Part shown: positions 38,007-47,116 of the stretch, one piece after another | Layout of the letters: every line of letters starts with the position of its first letter | Numbering within the stretch: position 1 is the first letter of the stretch | IMG/VR virus record: IMGVR_UViG_3300037466_003369 | Coordinates: 8,276 to 72,275 of that record | DNA: 64,000 nucleotides | Reading direction: 5' to 3' (one strand) | Origin: a virus | Lineage: Duplodnaviria > Caudoviricetes | Notes under the pieces: model-generated | What the model was told of the DNA's origin: nothing | Databases searched by the model: none | What the model saw: only the letters and a program-made list of their open reading frames with translations | Program-made: the position numbers and the translations under genes

Positions 38007-38179
38007 CAGTGATACCCCCACCCAAGAACCTCGCCCTGGTGGCCGTAGCTCACCCAGACGCCCCGAGCTTCCAATTCGACCTTCGCGGCCTCACCGTGCC
38101 AGTGGTAGAGGCCGGACTGGATGACTTTCAGAAGCTCTTCGACCTTGAGCCCCTTCATCCGTTCTTCGAGCTTTTCCAT
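38006..38179 (-). CDS. 57-aa hypothetical protein (MEKLEERMKG...)
   Basis: GGAAGGAG RBS; directly after the promoter at 38201-38229; stop overlaps the next ATG. Confidence 0.7.
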   Translation of the reverse strand: MEKLEERMKGLKVEELLKVIQSGLYHWHGEAAKVELEARGVWVSYGHQGEVLGWGYH

Positions 38180-38200
38180 CGGTCTCTCCTTCCACCATCA

Positions 38201-38229
38201 GTCTTAGACCGATGCGCGGAAGGCGTCAA
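38201..38229 (-). promoter_or_regulatory. Canonical sigma70 promoter TTGACG-N17-TAAGAC with upstream A-rich element
   Basis: Read directly. AAAAGAAAGAAAGTGA immediately upstream is the promoter-family motif in inverted orientation. Confidence 0.8.
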
Positions 38230-38474
38230 TCACTTTCTTTCTTTTGCTCGGCGAGGTGCAGGTCCACCAGGGCCTCCAGCTCGGCCAGCATGATCCTGAG
38301 GTCCTGGACGCTCTCGCGGGCCCGGTAGGCCGCCAGCGCCTCTTCCCTTCCGAGGGAGAGCGCCTGGGCGACCAAGTCCAGGCGCACCTTGACCACCTCG
38401 CACTGGTGCATGGCGCGCGAGATCGTGGTGCGCGCCCGGCCCAGGTTTGACGACAGGTAGTCCTCTCGGGTCAT
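38226..38474 (-). CDS. Helical hypothetical protein
   Basis: MTREDYLSSNLGRAR... Confidence 0.6.
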   Translation of the reverse strand: MTREDYLSSNLGRARTTISRAMHQCEVVKVRLDLVAQALSLGREEALAAYRARESVQDLRIMLAELEALVDLHLAEQKKESD

Positions 38475-38475
38475 C

Positions 38476-39312
38476 TCACCACCCGAACCGCTCGGCGCAG
38501 ATCGGGCCGATGCCGCGCTCGATGCTCTCGGGGTTCGACAGCTCCCGGCCGCAGCAGGCGCACTGCCCGAACCGCTTGCCGTAGGCCACAGCGGCGGCCT
38601 CGGGATCGGCCGCCGCCGCGACGATCTCCGCGGCCCTGGCGTCGTCGCAGGTCCCGAAGGCCCGCATGAACTTGCCGTCCGCAACCTTGCCCAGGTAGTC
38701 ACCGCCGACCGATTTGACGTAGATGGCGCCGGCGTTGCGCCCCGTGACCGGGGCCGGCGAGAACTTGAACTCGGCGAGCCGCAGCACCGGCCGCTTGATC
38801 CCGCTGGCCAGCGCCGCGCCGATGGCCTGGACGATCCGACTCACGTCGATGGCCGGCGCCGCGGCGGCCCGCGCCTCGCGCTCCTGGGCCCACTTGGCTT
38901 CCCGCTCGGCGTCGGCGCCCCGCAGCCGCTCGACCGTGGCAAGCTGGTTGTCGGTCAGGTGGCCGTACTTCCGCACCGCCTCCTGCATCGCGGCGGCGAA
39001 GCCGAACTTCGGGGCCTTGGCCACGATCCAGGCCCAGGCGGCCGGGTTGGTCTCCTGCCACGCCTGGGCGGCCTCGCCCTTCTTCCTGGCCACCCGGTCG
39101 CGGGCCTTGGCCCGGTCCTCGGACGAGGTCCGGTAGGTCACGAGGCCCTTGCCGCCGCAGGCGAAGCACGCCCGCGAGCGGTAGTAGCCCCACCGGCCCG
39201 TGCCATTGCACTTGCCGCAGCGCTCCTCAAAGGTGCGCGGCGCGGGCGTTCCGAAGTCGGCGATCTCGCGTTCCGCCGCGAAGTCGCCCTCAAGGTCCGA
39301 CCACATGTCCAT
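38476..39312 (-). CDS. Zinc-finger protein with C-terminal DUF6011-like domain
   Basis: CGKCNGTG...CFACGGKG at the N-terminus; GQCACCGRELSNPESIERGIGPICA at the C-terminus. Confidence 0.78.
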   Translation of the reverse strand: MDMWSDLEGDFAAEREIADFGTPAPRTFEERCGKCNGTGRWGYYRSRACFACGGKGLVTYRTSSEDRAKARDRVARKKGEAAQAWQETNPAAWAWIVAKAPKFGFAAAMQEAVRKYGHLTDNQLATVERLRGADAEREAKWAQEREARAAAAPAIDVSRIVQAIGAALASGIKRPVLRLAEFKFSPAPVTGRNAGAIYVKSVGGDYLGKVADGKFMRAFGTCDDARAAEIVAAAADPEAAAVAYGKRFGQCACCGRELSNPESIERGIGPICAERFGW

Positions 39313-39337
39313 GACGTCTCCTTTCCTTCCGACGCCC

Positions 39338-39365
39338 ATCATAGTGGGTCCAAAAGAAAAAGAAA
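39338..39365 (-). promoter_or_regulatory. Early promoter TTTCTT-N16-TATGAT
   Basis: CACTTTCTTTTTCTTTTGGACCCACTATGAT followed by TCGGAAGG and an RBS. Confidence 0.72.
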
Positions 39366-39374
39366 GTGTTTTCT

Positions 39375-39566
39375 TCAGCGCAGAGGGAACTTCGCGCGGA
39401 TCACGATCTCCTGGCCGTTGTCGAGCCTGACCCGCAGCCGCTCGTTCGGCATCCGCAGCGCCCGGATGGCGCGTCGCAGCTTGCCGGCGGTGACCCAGTG
39501 CCAGGGCCCCGGCCGCTTGCGGTCGCCGTAGACGTCCCAGCGGTAGAGGATTGGGGTTGGGATCAT
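39375..39566 (-). CDS. Hypothetical protein
   Basis: Coupled ORF. Confidence 0.55.
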   Translation of the reverse strand: MIPTPILYRWDVYGDRKRPGPWHWVTAGKLRRAIRALRMPNERLRVRLDNGQEIVIRAKFPLR

Positions 39567-39790
39567 CAGTCGATCCTCAGCGCCGGGATCGCACCCTTGG
39601 CGTCATAGACGTAGCTCTGGCCGAAGCCGCCCTTGCCGATCCTGACCTGGACGTGCTCCGCCGAAGTCACGGGGTAGCAGCCGTACTCAGTGTCGCCGGA
39701 CCAGACGATGATGGTGTCGTCGGGCATGTTGGCCCACGCCCGGCGCAGATCACCGAGGGTGAGGCCTTGGGTCTTGGTGATGTTACTCAT
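39566..39790 (-). CDS. Hypothetical protein
   Basis: Coupled ORF. Confidence 0.6.
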   Translation of the reverse strand: MSNITKTQGLTLGDLRRAWANMPDDTIIVWSGDTEYGCYPVTSAEHVQVRIGKGGFGQSYVYDAKGAIPALRID

Positions 39791-40805
39791 CGAAGGTCCA
39801 TTCCTTCATCAGCTTGGCGATCTCGGTCCGCACGGCCTCCTGACCGGGCCCGTTGGCCCTGTCCACGGCCTGCGGGTGGCCGGCGGGGATGAAGCGGTTG
39901 ATCGCGTCCTCCAGCATCGCCCGCGCCCGCGCCGGGTGACCCACGAGGGCGTTGGCCTCGCACTTCCAGACGCCGAACCGCCGGATGTAGTCCTGGACGT
40001 AGGGCTTCCAATGGTCCGGGTGGCCCGGATCGGAAAGGTCCCGGCCGCCGCCGGTCTCCAGGTTGTCTATCCGCATCAGGCCCATGGCGTCGATCTGGGC
40101 CTCGGTGAGGCCCACGGGGACGACGTCGAAATCGGGATCGTACCAGTCGAGACCCTTGAGATTCAGGCACGAGCGGATGGTCCGCTCCAGGCCCGAGACG
40201 ATGTGCAGGCCCTTGGGATCGTGGTCGCCGATGGCCAGGAGCACGCAGCGGCGCCCGGCCTCGGTGTGATCGCGGAAGCGCTTCAGCATCGCCAGCCGGG
40301 TGTGGATGTCGGTATCGCCCTTGCCGTTGGTGATGCGGACGTTGTAGCGGTCGGCCGTGGAGCTGAAGATTTGGACGAGGTCCTTCTTCTCCACGATCAT
40401 TTCGACGTAGTAGTCCAGGGCGTCCCAGTAGCCCTGCTCGTTGAACGACCGCGCCCAGCTCCGGAGGTTGTCGCCGATGTCGTTGACGGCGTACTGGGCC
40501 CACTCCTCGGGCGTGGCGGTCGCCGCGTCGAAGTCATAGACCGTGGTCGCCATCCGTGAGGCGTCCGGCTCGATCACGTCGGGGTCCAGCTCGCCGTCCT
40601 TGCGCATGTCGGTCAGCAGCTTCTCGAAGCGGTCGAACTCGCCCTTTGTGATCAGCCCCAGGCCCTCGGCGTAGTAGGCCCAGCCCCGCGGACCGAAGCG
40701 GTAGCCGGTGTCCTGGGACATCTGCTCGATGGCCTCGGCCATGGCCATCCTGGCGGCCCGGCGTACCTCAATCGGCCCCGTGGTCGGCGGCATCTGGAAG
40801 GACAT
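39783..40805 (-). CDS. Toprim-domain protein (Topo VI subunit A / DUF2399-like)
   Basis: RGWAYYA, MIVEKKDL, TNGKG, IGDHDPKGLHI, CEANAL. Confidence 0.78.
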   Translation of the reverse strand: MSFQMPPTTGPIEVRRAARMAMAEAIEQMSQDTGYRFGPRGWAYYAEGLGLITKGEFDRFEKLLTDMRKDGELDPDVIEPDASRMATTVYDFDAATATPEEWAQYAVNDIGDNLRSWARSFNEQGYWDALDYYVEMIVEKKDLVQIFSSTADRYNVRITNGKGDTDIHTRLAMLKRFRDHTEAGRRCVLLAIGDHDPKGLHIVSGLERTIRSCLNLKGLDWYDPDFDVVPVGLTEAQIDAMGLMRIDNLETGGGRDLSDPGHPDHWKPYVQDYIRRFGVWKCEANALVGHPARARAMLEDAINRFIPAGHPQAVDRANGPGQEAVRTEIAKLMKEWTFDE

Positions 40806-40821
40806 TCTCTAAACCCCCTTT

Positions 40822-40975
40822 GGTTCTTGGGAGACCCACTGCCGCCCGCCCTGTGTGTCGTTTGGGCCGGACAGAGCACACACTTTTCGCTTCGCCGGGC
40901 GTCCCCGGCTCGGGCAGTGGGTCACCCAAGAACCCCGGCCCGCGAGGGGCCGGGACTTGGCGTTTTTTCACGCCG
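40822..40975. ncRNA. Candidate structured RNA / long inverted repeat
   Basis: 22-nt arms at 40822-40843 and 40913-40934 with one mismatch, internal stems, and two further hairpins. Confidence 0.4.
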
Positions 40976-41099
40976 GATTCATCGCTCCCACCTCCCCTCG
41001 TCTGATTGATCCGGCACAACATGCCTTCTGGCGCCGCCTCGGCCCGGCCACCGTTTTCGGCTCCGGGCTCTGGGCGGGTCGTCCGCTAGGGTGGAAGGA

Positions 41100-42203
41100 T
41101 CAGGCCGCCAGCTTCATGATGTCGCCGGCCTTGCGCTCGATCTCCACCCGCTCGTCCTGGTACTCGATGGAACGAGCGTAGGCCGTGGCGCCGACCGTCA
41201 CGTCCCAGAGGGTCTCGATGGGGCGGCCCTCCTCGACCTCGTGGGCGAGGCTGATGGCCTTGGCCTGGGAGCGGGTGAAGCGGTTGGCCAGGAACTCGCC
41301 GACCTTGTCCTCCAGCTTCTTGGCCTGGGCCTCCTTGATCACCTGCTGCAGGCCGATGGCCGAGGCCTCGGAGTAGCGCTCCAGGGCCGGGACGATCTGC
41401 TGCAGCCAACGGTCGGGGGCGCCGGAGGTGTGCCTGATCTTGACCTCCTTGAAGGCGTCGACCCCGTAGATCATGCGGTTGCGACAGACGTAGTCGAAAG
41501 TGAAGGCCGCGATCCCGAGGGTGGCGGACCCCACCTCGGAATTCCACACGAAGAAGCCGCGGGCCAGGGAGCCGGGCTCACCGTTGCGCCGGTTGGGGAC
41601 CTCGATTCGGTTCTTCTCGTCGGCCAGGAAGACGAACATGTCGCGGTCGCCCGCGTAGAGGGTGGTGTTGGCCTTGGTCACCGGGACGTCGTGGCCGAAT
41701 TCGCCGGGGACCTTGAACTTGCCCGTCAAGCCATCGCCGAACTGCTTGACGAGGGTGTCCACGATCTCCGCGTTCCAGACCCGGCCGTAGTTGGGGCCGG
41801 TGACCGCGGCGACGTCCGGGATGGCCAGCACTTGGGTGCGCCCCAGGAGCCCCAGCTCCTCGACGTCGCGCACCGCGATCCCGTAGTTCACCCAGTCGGC
41901 GGCGAGGTCCGCCGGCAGGGTGCGCAGGTAGCGGGCCGGGATGCCCAGGCGGCTGGCGAGCTGGCCGAAGGCGAAATGGGTGGGATTGGACGGCGCGTCG
42001 GACTTGCGGTCGAGCAGGACCAGGGCCTTGCGGCTCTCGTCCTCCTGGATCGGCGCCGCCATCAGGCGCGTGTTGGGCAGCACCGTCTGGACGCTCGCCG
42101 CGCGCTGGGCGCGGACGTGGGCCTGGAGATCGAGGAGCGAGACGAAGCGCTCGTCGGCCGGGCGCGTGGACCACTGCGCGGAGGCCTGGGTGAGGACGGT
42201 CAT
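41100..42203 (-). CDS. DUF932-family protein
   Basis: QWSTRPADERFVSL, LYAGDRDMFVFLAD, RGFFVWNSEVGS, YVCRNRMI. Confidence 0.85.
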   Translation of the reverse strand: MTVLTQASAQWSTRPADERFVSLLDLQAHVRAQRAASVQTVLPNTRLMAAPIQEDESRKALVLLDRKSDAPSNPTHFAFGQLASRLGIPARYLRTLPADLAADWVNYGIAVRDVEELGLLGRTQVLAIPDVAAVTGPNYGRVWNAEIVDTLVKQFGDGLTGKFKVPGEFGHDVPVTKANTTLYAGDRDMFVFLADEKNRIEVPNRRNGEPGSLARGFFVWNSEVGSATLGIAAFTFDYVCRNRMIYGVDAFKEVKIRHTSGAPDRWLQQIVPALERYSEASAIGLQQVIKEAQAKKLEDKVGEFLANRFTRSQAKAISLAHEVEEGRPIETLWDVTVGATAYARSIEYQDERVEIERKAGDIMKLAA

Positions 42204-42296
42204 TGGCTGTTCTCCTTCCGAGAGGACTGACGGTCTCGTCAGCAGGGGCATCACCCCCGGACCATCGGGGCGCGGGGCGCGCCCCTAGGTTTCGAC

Positions 42297-42524
42297 CTAG
42301 TAGAAATCGTAGCGTTCGTGGGTCATGTGAATGCCACCGCGGGGACCGATCCAGCCGATGGCGGTTCCATGGAAGATGCCGACTTCGGCGTGGAGATGGA
42401 AGAGAACGCCACTCGCGGCGTGCTCGAACTCGGCCTTTGTCAGGTCGGCCTCTCGACCTCTGCAGGTCTTCTCGATGACCCGCCGCTTCAGGCTCTCGGC
42501 CGTGGCTCTCTGGCGCTGGTTCAT
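42297..42524 (-). CDS. Hypothetical protein
   Basis: GGAAGGAG RBS; follows a promoter. Confidence 0.7.
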   Translation of the reverse strand: MNQRQRATAESLKRRVIEKTCRGREADLTKAEFEHAASGVLFHLHAEVGIFHGTAIGWIGPRGGIHMTHERYDFY

Positions 42525-42544
42525 TGGTTTCTCCTTCCACGCTC

Positions 42545-42573
42545 AAGATAGGGGAAGAAAGAAAGGAAGGCAA
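42545..42573 (-). promoter_or_regulatory. Promoter TTGCCT-N17-TATCTT with AT-rich UP element
   Basis: Read directly; the most AT-rich tract locally. Confidence 0.8.
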
Positions 42574-42590
42574 TATAATTTTTTGAAAAA

Positions 42591-42830
42591 TTATCTGACC
42601 TTGGCGCGGACCTGGATCACGGCCTCATGGAGCGTATCGCCGCGACCAGTTCGACTTTGCAACAGGCCGACTGCGTCACCCGGATAGTCCGGCAAGCAAA
42701 CGACCCAGGGCTGCTGCATATCGGGACCGAGCCAGCGGACCATGAACCCATCTGGATTGCCGTTGATCAGATCGGCGAAGGCGACTTCGGCCCTGCGAAG
42801 GGGTGCAATGCGGCGTTTACCTTGTGGCAT
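42591..42830 (-). CDS. Hypothetical protein
   Basis: Coupled ORF. Confidence 0.55.
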   Translation of the reverse strand: MPQGKRRIAPLRRAEVAFADLINGNPDGFMVRWLGPDMQQPWVVCLPDYPGDAVGLLQSRTGRGDTLHEAVIQVRAKVR

Positions 42831-43030
42831 TATCTGCGTCCCTTCCCGGTCACCTCCTGGTAGGGGATGATCAGGTAGCTGACCTCAGGTCCGCGCCAGC
42901 CCATCCGAACGATCTCGATCTCGACGCCCTGGACCATGATCCGGCCGTTGGCCTGATGACCTGCGGTGCGGATCGCGTCGATCTTGACGTTGGCGCGCTC
43001 GATCATGTGGTTATGGGCTGCGATGCTCAT
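42830..43030 (-). CDS. Hypothetical protein
   Basis: GGAGGAG RBS. Confidence 0.6.
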   Translation of the reverse strand: MSIAAHNHMIERANVKIDAIRTAGHQANGRIMVQGVEIEIVRMGWRGPEVSYLIIPYQEVTGKGRR

Positions 43031-43093
43031 GCACTTCTCCTCCGATCAATCCGCCGGTTCCCCCGGCCGGAGCCGGGGGTGGCAGAGGGTTGA

Positions 43094-43420
43094 TCAGGCG
43101 GCCTTCACCTCCTCGATCAGCCTCTCCAGCTTGGCGATCTCGGCCTTGGCCGCCTCGCCCAGGACCACGACTTTGGCCGCCTCGCCAAAGCCATTGCTTA
43201 TCCGGGGGATCGCCAGCGCCTCGGCCTTCTCGGCGAACTGGCTGGCGTGGACCAGACCACAAACATGGCAACTAGAGCCGCAGTTGATGATCTTGCAGCC
43301 CAGGCCGTTCTCGAAGGCGATCACATAGGCCTTGCTCTCGGTCACGCCCTTCAGGGCCTCCAGGCTCTCACCGAGCCCCTTGAGGACCTCGGCCTTGGCT
43401 TCCTGCTTCTCGATCTGCAT
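43094..43420 (-). CDS. Hypothetical protein
   Basis: TCGGAAGGAG RBS; first gene after a promoter. Confidence 0.72.
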   Translation of the reverse strand: MQIEKQEAKAEVLKGLGESLEALKGVTESKAYVIAFENGLGCKIINCGSSCHVCGLVHASQFAEKAEALAIPRISNGFGEAAKVVVLGEAAKAEIAKLERLIEEVKAA

Positions 43421-43443
43421 GACAGGTTCTCCTTCCGAGTCAC

Positions 43444-43471
43444 AAGATAGCGCTTCCAGAAGAAAAAGAAA
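43444..43471 (-). promoter_or_regulatory. Early promoter TTTCTT-N16-TATCTT
   Basis: CACTTTCTTTTTCTTCTGGAAGCGCTATCTT followed by GACTCGGAAGGAG. Confidence 0.75.
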
Positions 43472-43495
43472 GTGATTTCTGCACGCCGAGACGGA

Positions 43496-43681
43496 TTATT
43501 TCTCGTCGAGTACGGCGTCCACGAGATCGTCCATCAGGACGCGGGTGACGATGGCCGCCAGGAGCTGTTCGCGGCGCACGCCGTGGGCGTCGGCATGGCG
43601 CTGGAGGACCGCGGACATGTGGCCCTCGATCTGCTCGTTGATGTCCACGTGGCCGCAGCCGATCAGGCGGTGGCGGCTCAC
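43496..43681 (-). CDS. Small possible DNA-binding protein
   Basis: Coupled ORF. Confidence 0.55.
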   Translation of the reverse strand: MSRHRLIGCGHVDINEQIEGHMSAVLQRHADAHGVRREQLLAAIVTRVLMDDLVDAVLDEK

Positions 43682-44076
43682 GCGGCCTCGCGCGGGGGCT
43701 GGATGGCGACCGGCTCGATGGCCGCCAGGACTTTGGCCGCGCCCTGCGGCGTGATCCCGTAGCCCTCGTTGCTGAAGGTCTGGATCGCGTCCTTGCCCAG
43801 GATCGAGCGTAGCCTGGAGACGTGGGTCCGCATGGACACCTCCGTCTCGATGCGGGCGAACTCCATGATGTTCTCGGTCCGGACCATCCGGCCCCGGCCC
43901 TCGTGGATCGCGATCAGCGCCAGGGCCTCCTTGGGGTAGAGGTCCAGCCGGTTCATCAGCGATCCGATGACGCCGTCGCGGATGCGCAGGCCCAGCTCCG
44001 ACTTCAGCTCCCGGTTCTGTTCCTCCAGGGCGTCCACGCGCGCGGCCATGCGCTTGCAGTCAGGACACCCGCGCAT
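43678..44076 (-). CDS. Winged-helix (OmpR C-terminal-like) regulator with N-terminal coiled coil
   Basis: VSMRTHVSRLRSILGKDAIQTFSNEGYGI. Confidence 0.78.
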   Translation of the reverse strand: MRGCPDCKRMAARVDALEEQNRELKSELGLRIRDGVIGSLMNRLDLYPKEALALIAIHEGRGRMVRTENIMEFARIETEVSMRTHVSRLRSILGKDAIQTFSNEGYGITPQGAAKVLAAIEPVAIQPPREAA

Positions 44077-44452
44077 CGTGGACCTCCGTCACCGGCACGC
44101 CCGCGGCGTCCAGGTTGTCGCGCATGTTGGCCGTGCCCCGGCCGCCGGGGAACTGCAGGCCATGGTCGGGGTGCATGTCCAGCATCCGCGCATTGCGCGC
44201 CGGCCCGGCCCTAAGGCCCAGCCTGTGCCACGGCGCCGGGAAGGTCGCCACCGGCACGCGGCGCGCCCTGGCCCACTCGTAGGCGAGCTGGTCCACGCCC
44301 TGGTGGTGCGGCTCCCAGGGGTCGTGGCCGCAGATGATGATCAGGTTGGCAATGGAGGAGACCAGGGAATCGTTGAGCACGAACTGGTCCAGTTCGTCCC
44401 AGACCAGCTCGCGATCCCTGCAGTCCCGACCTCCAAACACGACCAGTCGCAT
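44060..44452 (-). CDS. SLOG/YspA-like protein (DUF2493)
   Basis: LVVFGGRD, GVDQLAYEWA, AGPARNARML, FPGGRGTANM. Confidence 0.85.
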   Translation of the reverse strand: MRLVVFGGRDCRDRELVWDELDQFVLNDSLVSSIANLIIICGHDPWEPHHQGVDQLAYEWARARRVPVATFPAPWHRLGLRAGPARNARMLDMHPDHGLQFPGGRGTANMRDNLDAAGVPVTEVHDARVS

Positions 44453-44515
44453 CGGCCCCTCCCTCCACCATGAAAACCCCGCTGCGCCAACGGCGCAGCT
44501 AGACGTGTTGTCGCA

Positions 44516-44719
44516 CTACGGCTCGCCGTACCGCGGCTGGCGCTCCTCGCGGCATTCGCGCCGACCGAGCCTGTAGGCCTCGCGCTGATCCACGGTCCAC
44601 TCGAACCGGTCCATGTCGGCGATGCTGATGTGGACCTTCCCGCCCAGTTCGTCGTCCCAGCCCTTCCGGTACTGGGGGAGCGCCTGCAGGTCCATCCACC
44701 ACGCCTTGACCGCGCCCAT
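44516..44719 (-). CDS. Hypothetical protein
   Basis: MGAVKAWWMD...; ATG overlaps the helicase stop. Confidence 0.6.
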   Translation of the reverse strand: MGAVKAWWMDLQALPQYRKGWDDELGGKVHISIADMDRFEWTVDQREAYRLGRRECREERQPRYGEP

Positions 44720-46212
44720 CAGAGCACCCACTCGCGCCATTTGTCGCCAGTCACGGCGTCGCTCAGCGACATGTCCTCCCGCAAGGACTTGAGGATTTTG
44801 CCGTCCACCGTGTCGCTGCCGTCGTCGTGGTAGGCGACGAGGTCGATGTAGCCCACGCTGCGGGTCTTGCCCACGGCCTGGGCGCGATCCTCGGATTGTT
44901 GGCGGTCGTCGTTGCTCCTGCTGTTCGAGCAATACACGACAAGGTCGGCGCAGGACCATTCGCGTCCCCGGCCGCCCGCAGCTTCCGTGGCCAGCATCCA
45001 GCGACAATTCGGATCGGTCTTGAACCTGGCCTCCTCGGCGTCCCGCGTGGACCGGTTGCCACCCCACCAGCGGGCTACACTGCCGACGCCGTATTCGGCC
45101 TCCAGCGCCGCCTGTACGGCCCTGATCTCGTGGTCATAGGCGCACCAGATGATGGCCTTGCCGTCGTACTCCTCCAGTACGTCGAGCAGGACCTTGGTCC
45201 GGTTCGTCGGTATGTGGTGGACGACGCCTGCGTCATCGACCACATGCCCGCACAGGAGCTGGTGCAGCCGCATGACCTGGACGATGACGATGGTGGCCGT
45301 GACGTGCTCCTCCGCCGAGAGGGACATGGTCGCGAACGCCTTCATCTCGGCGTAGAGCTTCTTCTGCTCGTCGGTGAGGCTGACCTTGCGCACCGAATAG
45401 GTCTTCGGAGGCATGTCGTAGACGTCCTCCAGGAGGACGCGGTCCATGTAGGGGGCGATGCGCTCCTGCAGCTCCTCCAGGTTCCGGAAGCCGACGACGA
45501 CGGGCACGCGCCGACCGCCGAACCACTCGTCGCGGATCACCGCGTAGCGGGCGCGGAAGGCGTAGAAGGAGCGCTGACCGATGATCCGCCAGTCCAGGAA
45601 CCACATCTGGCCGAACAGTTGCAGCGGGTCGCGGGGCGTGGGCAACCCGCAGAGGATGCGGCGGTAGTCGCAGAGGGGGGCGACCTTGTCGTTGATGAAC
45701 TTGGTCCGCGCCGAGGAGGGGTTGCCGATGATCAGGCTCTCGTCGATGACGCCGTAGCGCCTGCCGGGACGCTGAGAGAGGTACTCCAGGACCGTGGCCC
45801 TGGCCCTCTGCACCGACGACAGCGCCTCGACGTTGATCATCAACGCGCGCGGGCGCTCGGTCTCTTCCAGGAAGCGTCTCAGCGCCTTCTCGTGGGTCCT
45901 GCCGCCGTCCGACTTCCAGACGTGGACCAGTATGCGCTTGGCGAGGTCGGCCGAGAGGTGGCCGGGCGTGTTGTTCGCCGGATTGCCGAACATGGCGTCG
46001 CGCCAGTCGGCGTAGACGCTACCCTTGCTGATCTCCAGGAAATCACTGGCCTGACCGGTTAATTCAAGTCTGCCGAAATCTCCAAGAGTGGTCGCCGTTT
46101 TGCCAGTTCTCTGTGCGTGAAAGAGGGCGAAGGCCTCCTTGCCCTCCATCCTGGCCAGCGCCCGCGCCTGATGCGCCCGCGGCTGGTAGGGCGGCGTGTA
46201 GACTTTGGTCAC
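44719..46212 (-). CDS. SNF2/DEAD-like superfamily 2 helicase
   Basis: AQRTGKT (Walker A variant), VIDES, LCGLPTP, QSEDRAQ. Confidence 0.88.
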   Translation of the reverse strand: MTKVYTPPYQPRAHQARALARMEGKEAFALFHAQRTGKTATTLGDFGRLELTGQASDFLEISKGSVYADWRDAMFGNPANNTPGHLSADLAKRILVHVWKSDGGRTHEKALRRFLEETERPRALMINVEALSSVQRARATVLEYLSQRPGRRYGVIDESLIIGNPSSARTKFINDKVAPLCDYRRILCGLPTPRDPLQLFGQMWFLDWRIIGQRSFYAFRARYAVIRDEWFGGRRVPVVVGFRNLEELQERIAPYMDRVLLEDVYDMPPKTYSVRKVSLTDEQKKLYAEMKAFATMSLSAEEHVTATIVIVQVMRLHQLLCGHVVDDAGVVHHIPTNRTKVLLDVLEEYDGKAIIWCAYDHEIRAVQAALEAEYGVGSVARWWGGNRSTRDAEEARFKTDPNCRWMLATEAAGGRGREWSCADLVVYCSNSRSNDDRQQSEDRAQAVGKTRSVGYIDLVAYHDDGSDTVDGKILKSLREDMSLSDAVTGDKWREWVL

Positions 46213-46403
46213 CGCAGGACCTTGCACCACAGTGGAACGCTATCCGTTCCCGGCTCGAAGACGGGGTAGTGGTGCGTGTTGACGCAGACCCACTCCTCAC
46301 CCTTGTAGCTGACCAGCTCACCGGCCCGATAGCCACGCTGACGCTGGGCACGCGGCTTCCACGGCTTAGCATGACCACGGTCAGGCCAGACGATGATTTT
46401 CAT
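46209..46403 (-). CDS. Hypothetical protein
   Basis: Coupled ORF. Confidence 0.55.
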   Translation of the reverse strand: MKIIVWPDRGHAKPWKPRAQRQRGYRAGELVSYKGEEWVCVNTHHYPVFEPGTDSVPLWCKVLR

Positions 46404-46648
46404 GCCAGCTCCGCCGGCCTAACGACCTCGGGGCCCCAGACGAAGTCCTGTGGCCACTGCAGCGGACTGACGCCGGTCACGGAGACGCCCCACTTCTCGT
46501 CGCTGTCGTCGTCCAGGCTGTTCTCGATCACCTGGACAATCTCCCAATCCACGGAGGCCCAGTCCTCGCCGGGCGGCATACGGGTGGGATGGACCAGCTT
46601 GGCCCAGAACCATCCCTCGCGCTTGGGTGTTGGATAGGTGATCGTCAT
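46400..46648 (-). CDS. Hypothetical protein
   Basis: MTITYPTPKREGWFWAK... Confidence 0.65.
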   Translation of the reverse strand: MTITYPTPKREGWFWAKLVHPTRMPPGEDWASVDWEIVQVIENSLDDDSDEKWGVSVTGVSPLQWPQDFVWGPEVVRPAELA

Positions 46649-46917
46649 GCCGCCTTCTCGATCCAGAACTCGACGGGATGGGGGCCGGCGCGGTTGGACT
46701 TGTGGATCACGCGCCGGTCGCCGTTGTGGCGCAGCTTCCTGGCGATCATGTCCAGCCGGCCGCGGACGATGGTGTTGGCGTTGATCGGCGGCTCCGGCTC
46801 GCCCCTGAAATAGAGCCTCACGAGATCGGCCGTGGAGACGCGCCGGCCGTCCTCGGGCAGCAGCGCCAGGAGACGCTCCTCCAGGTCGGTCAGGTGAACG
46901 ATCTTGCCGGCCTTCAT
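46645..46917 (-). CDS. Winged-helix-like DNA-binding protein
   Basis: LTDLEERLLALL...VSTADLV; GGAGAG RBS. Confidence 0.65.
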   Translation of the reverse strand: MKAGKIVHLTDLEERLLALLPEDGRRVSTADLVRLYFRGEPEPPINANTIVRGRLDMIARKLRHNGDRRVIHKSNRAGPHPVEFWIEKAA

Positions 46918-46944
46918 TCGGTCTCTCCAGTCGTGGTTCCGGGC

Positions 46945-46973
46945 AGCTTAGCCTGATCGGAAGAAGAAAGGAA
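46945..46973 (-). promoter_or_regulatory. Early promoter TTCCTT-N17-TAAGCT
   Basis: GACTTCCTTTCTTCTTCCGATCAGGCTAAGCT. Confidence 0.68.
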
Positions 46974-47116
46974 GTCATGTGAAGAGCGCAGGATGTCGCC
47001 CCCGCGGAACTCCCAGGTCTGGTGGCACAGCGAACACGAGGTCTCGCCGTCCCTCCGGCCGCGCCAGCCGCCCGTGAACCTGTGCCGGCCGTCCTGGGTC
47101 ATGGGGCAAGGGCCGA

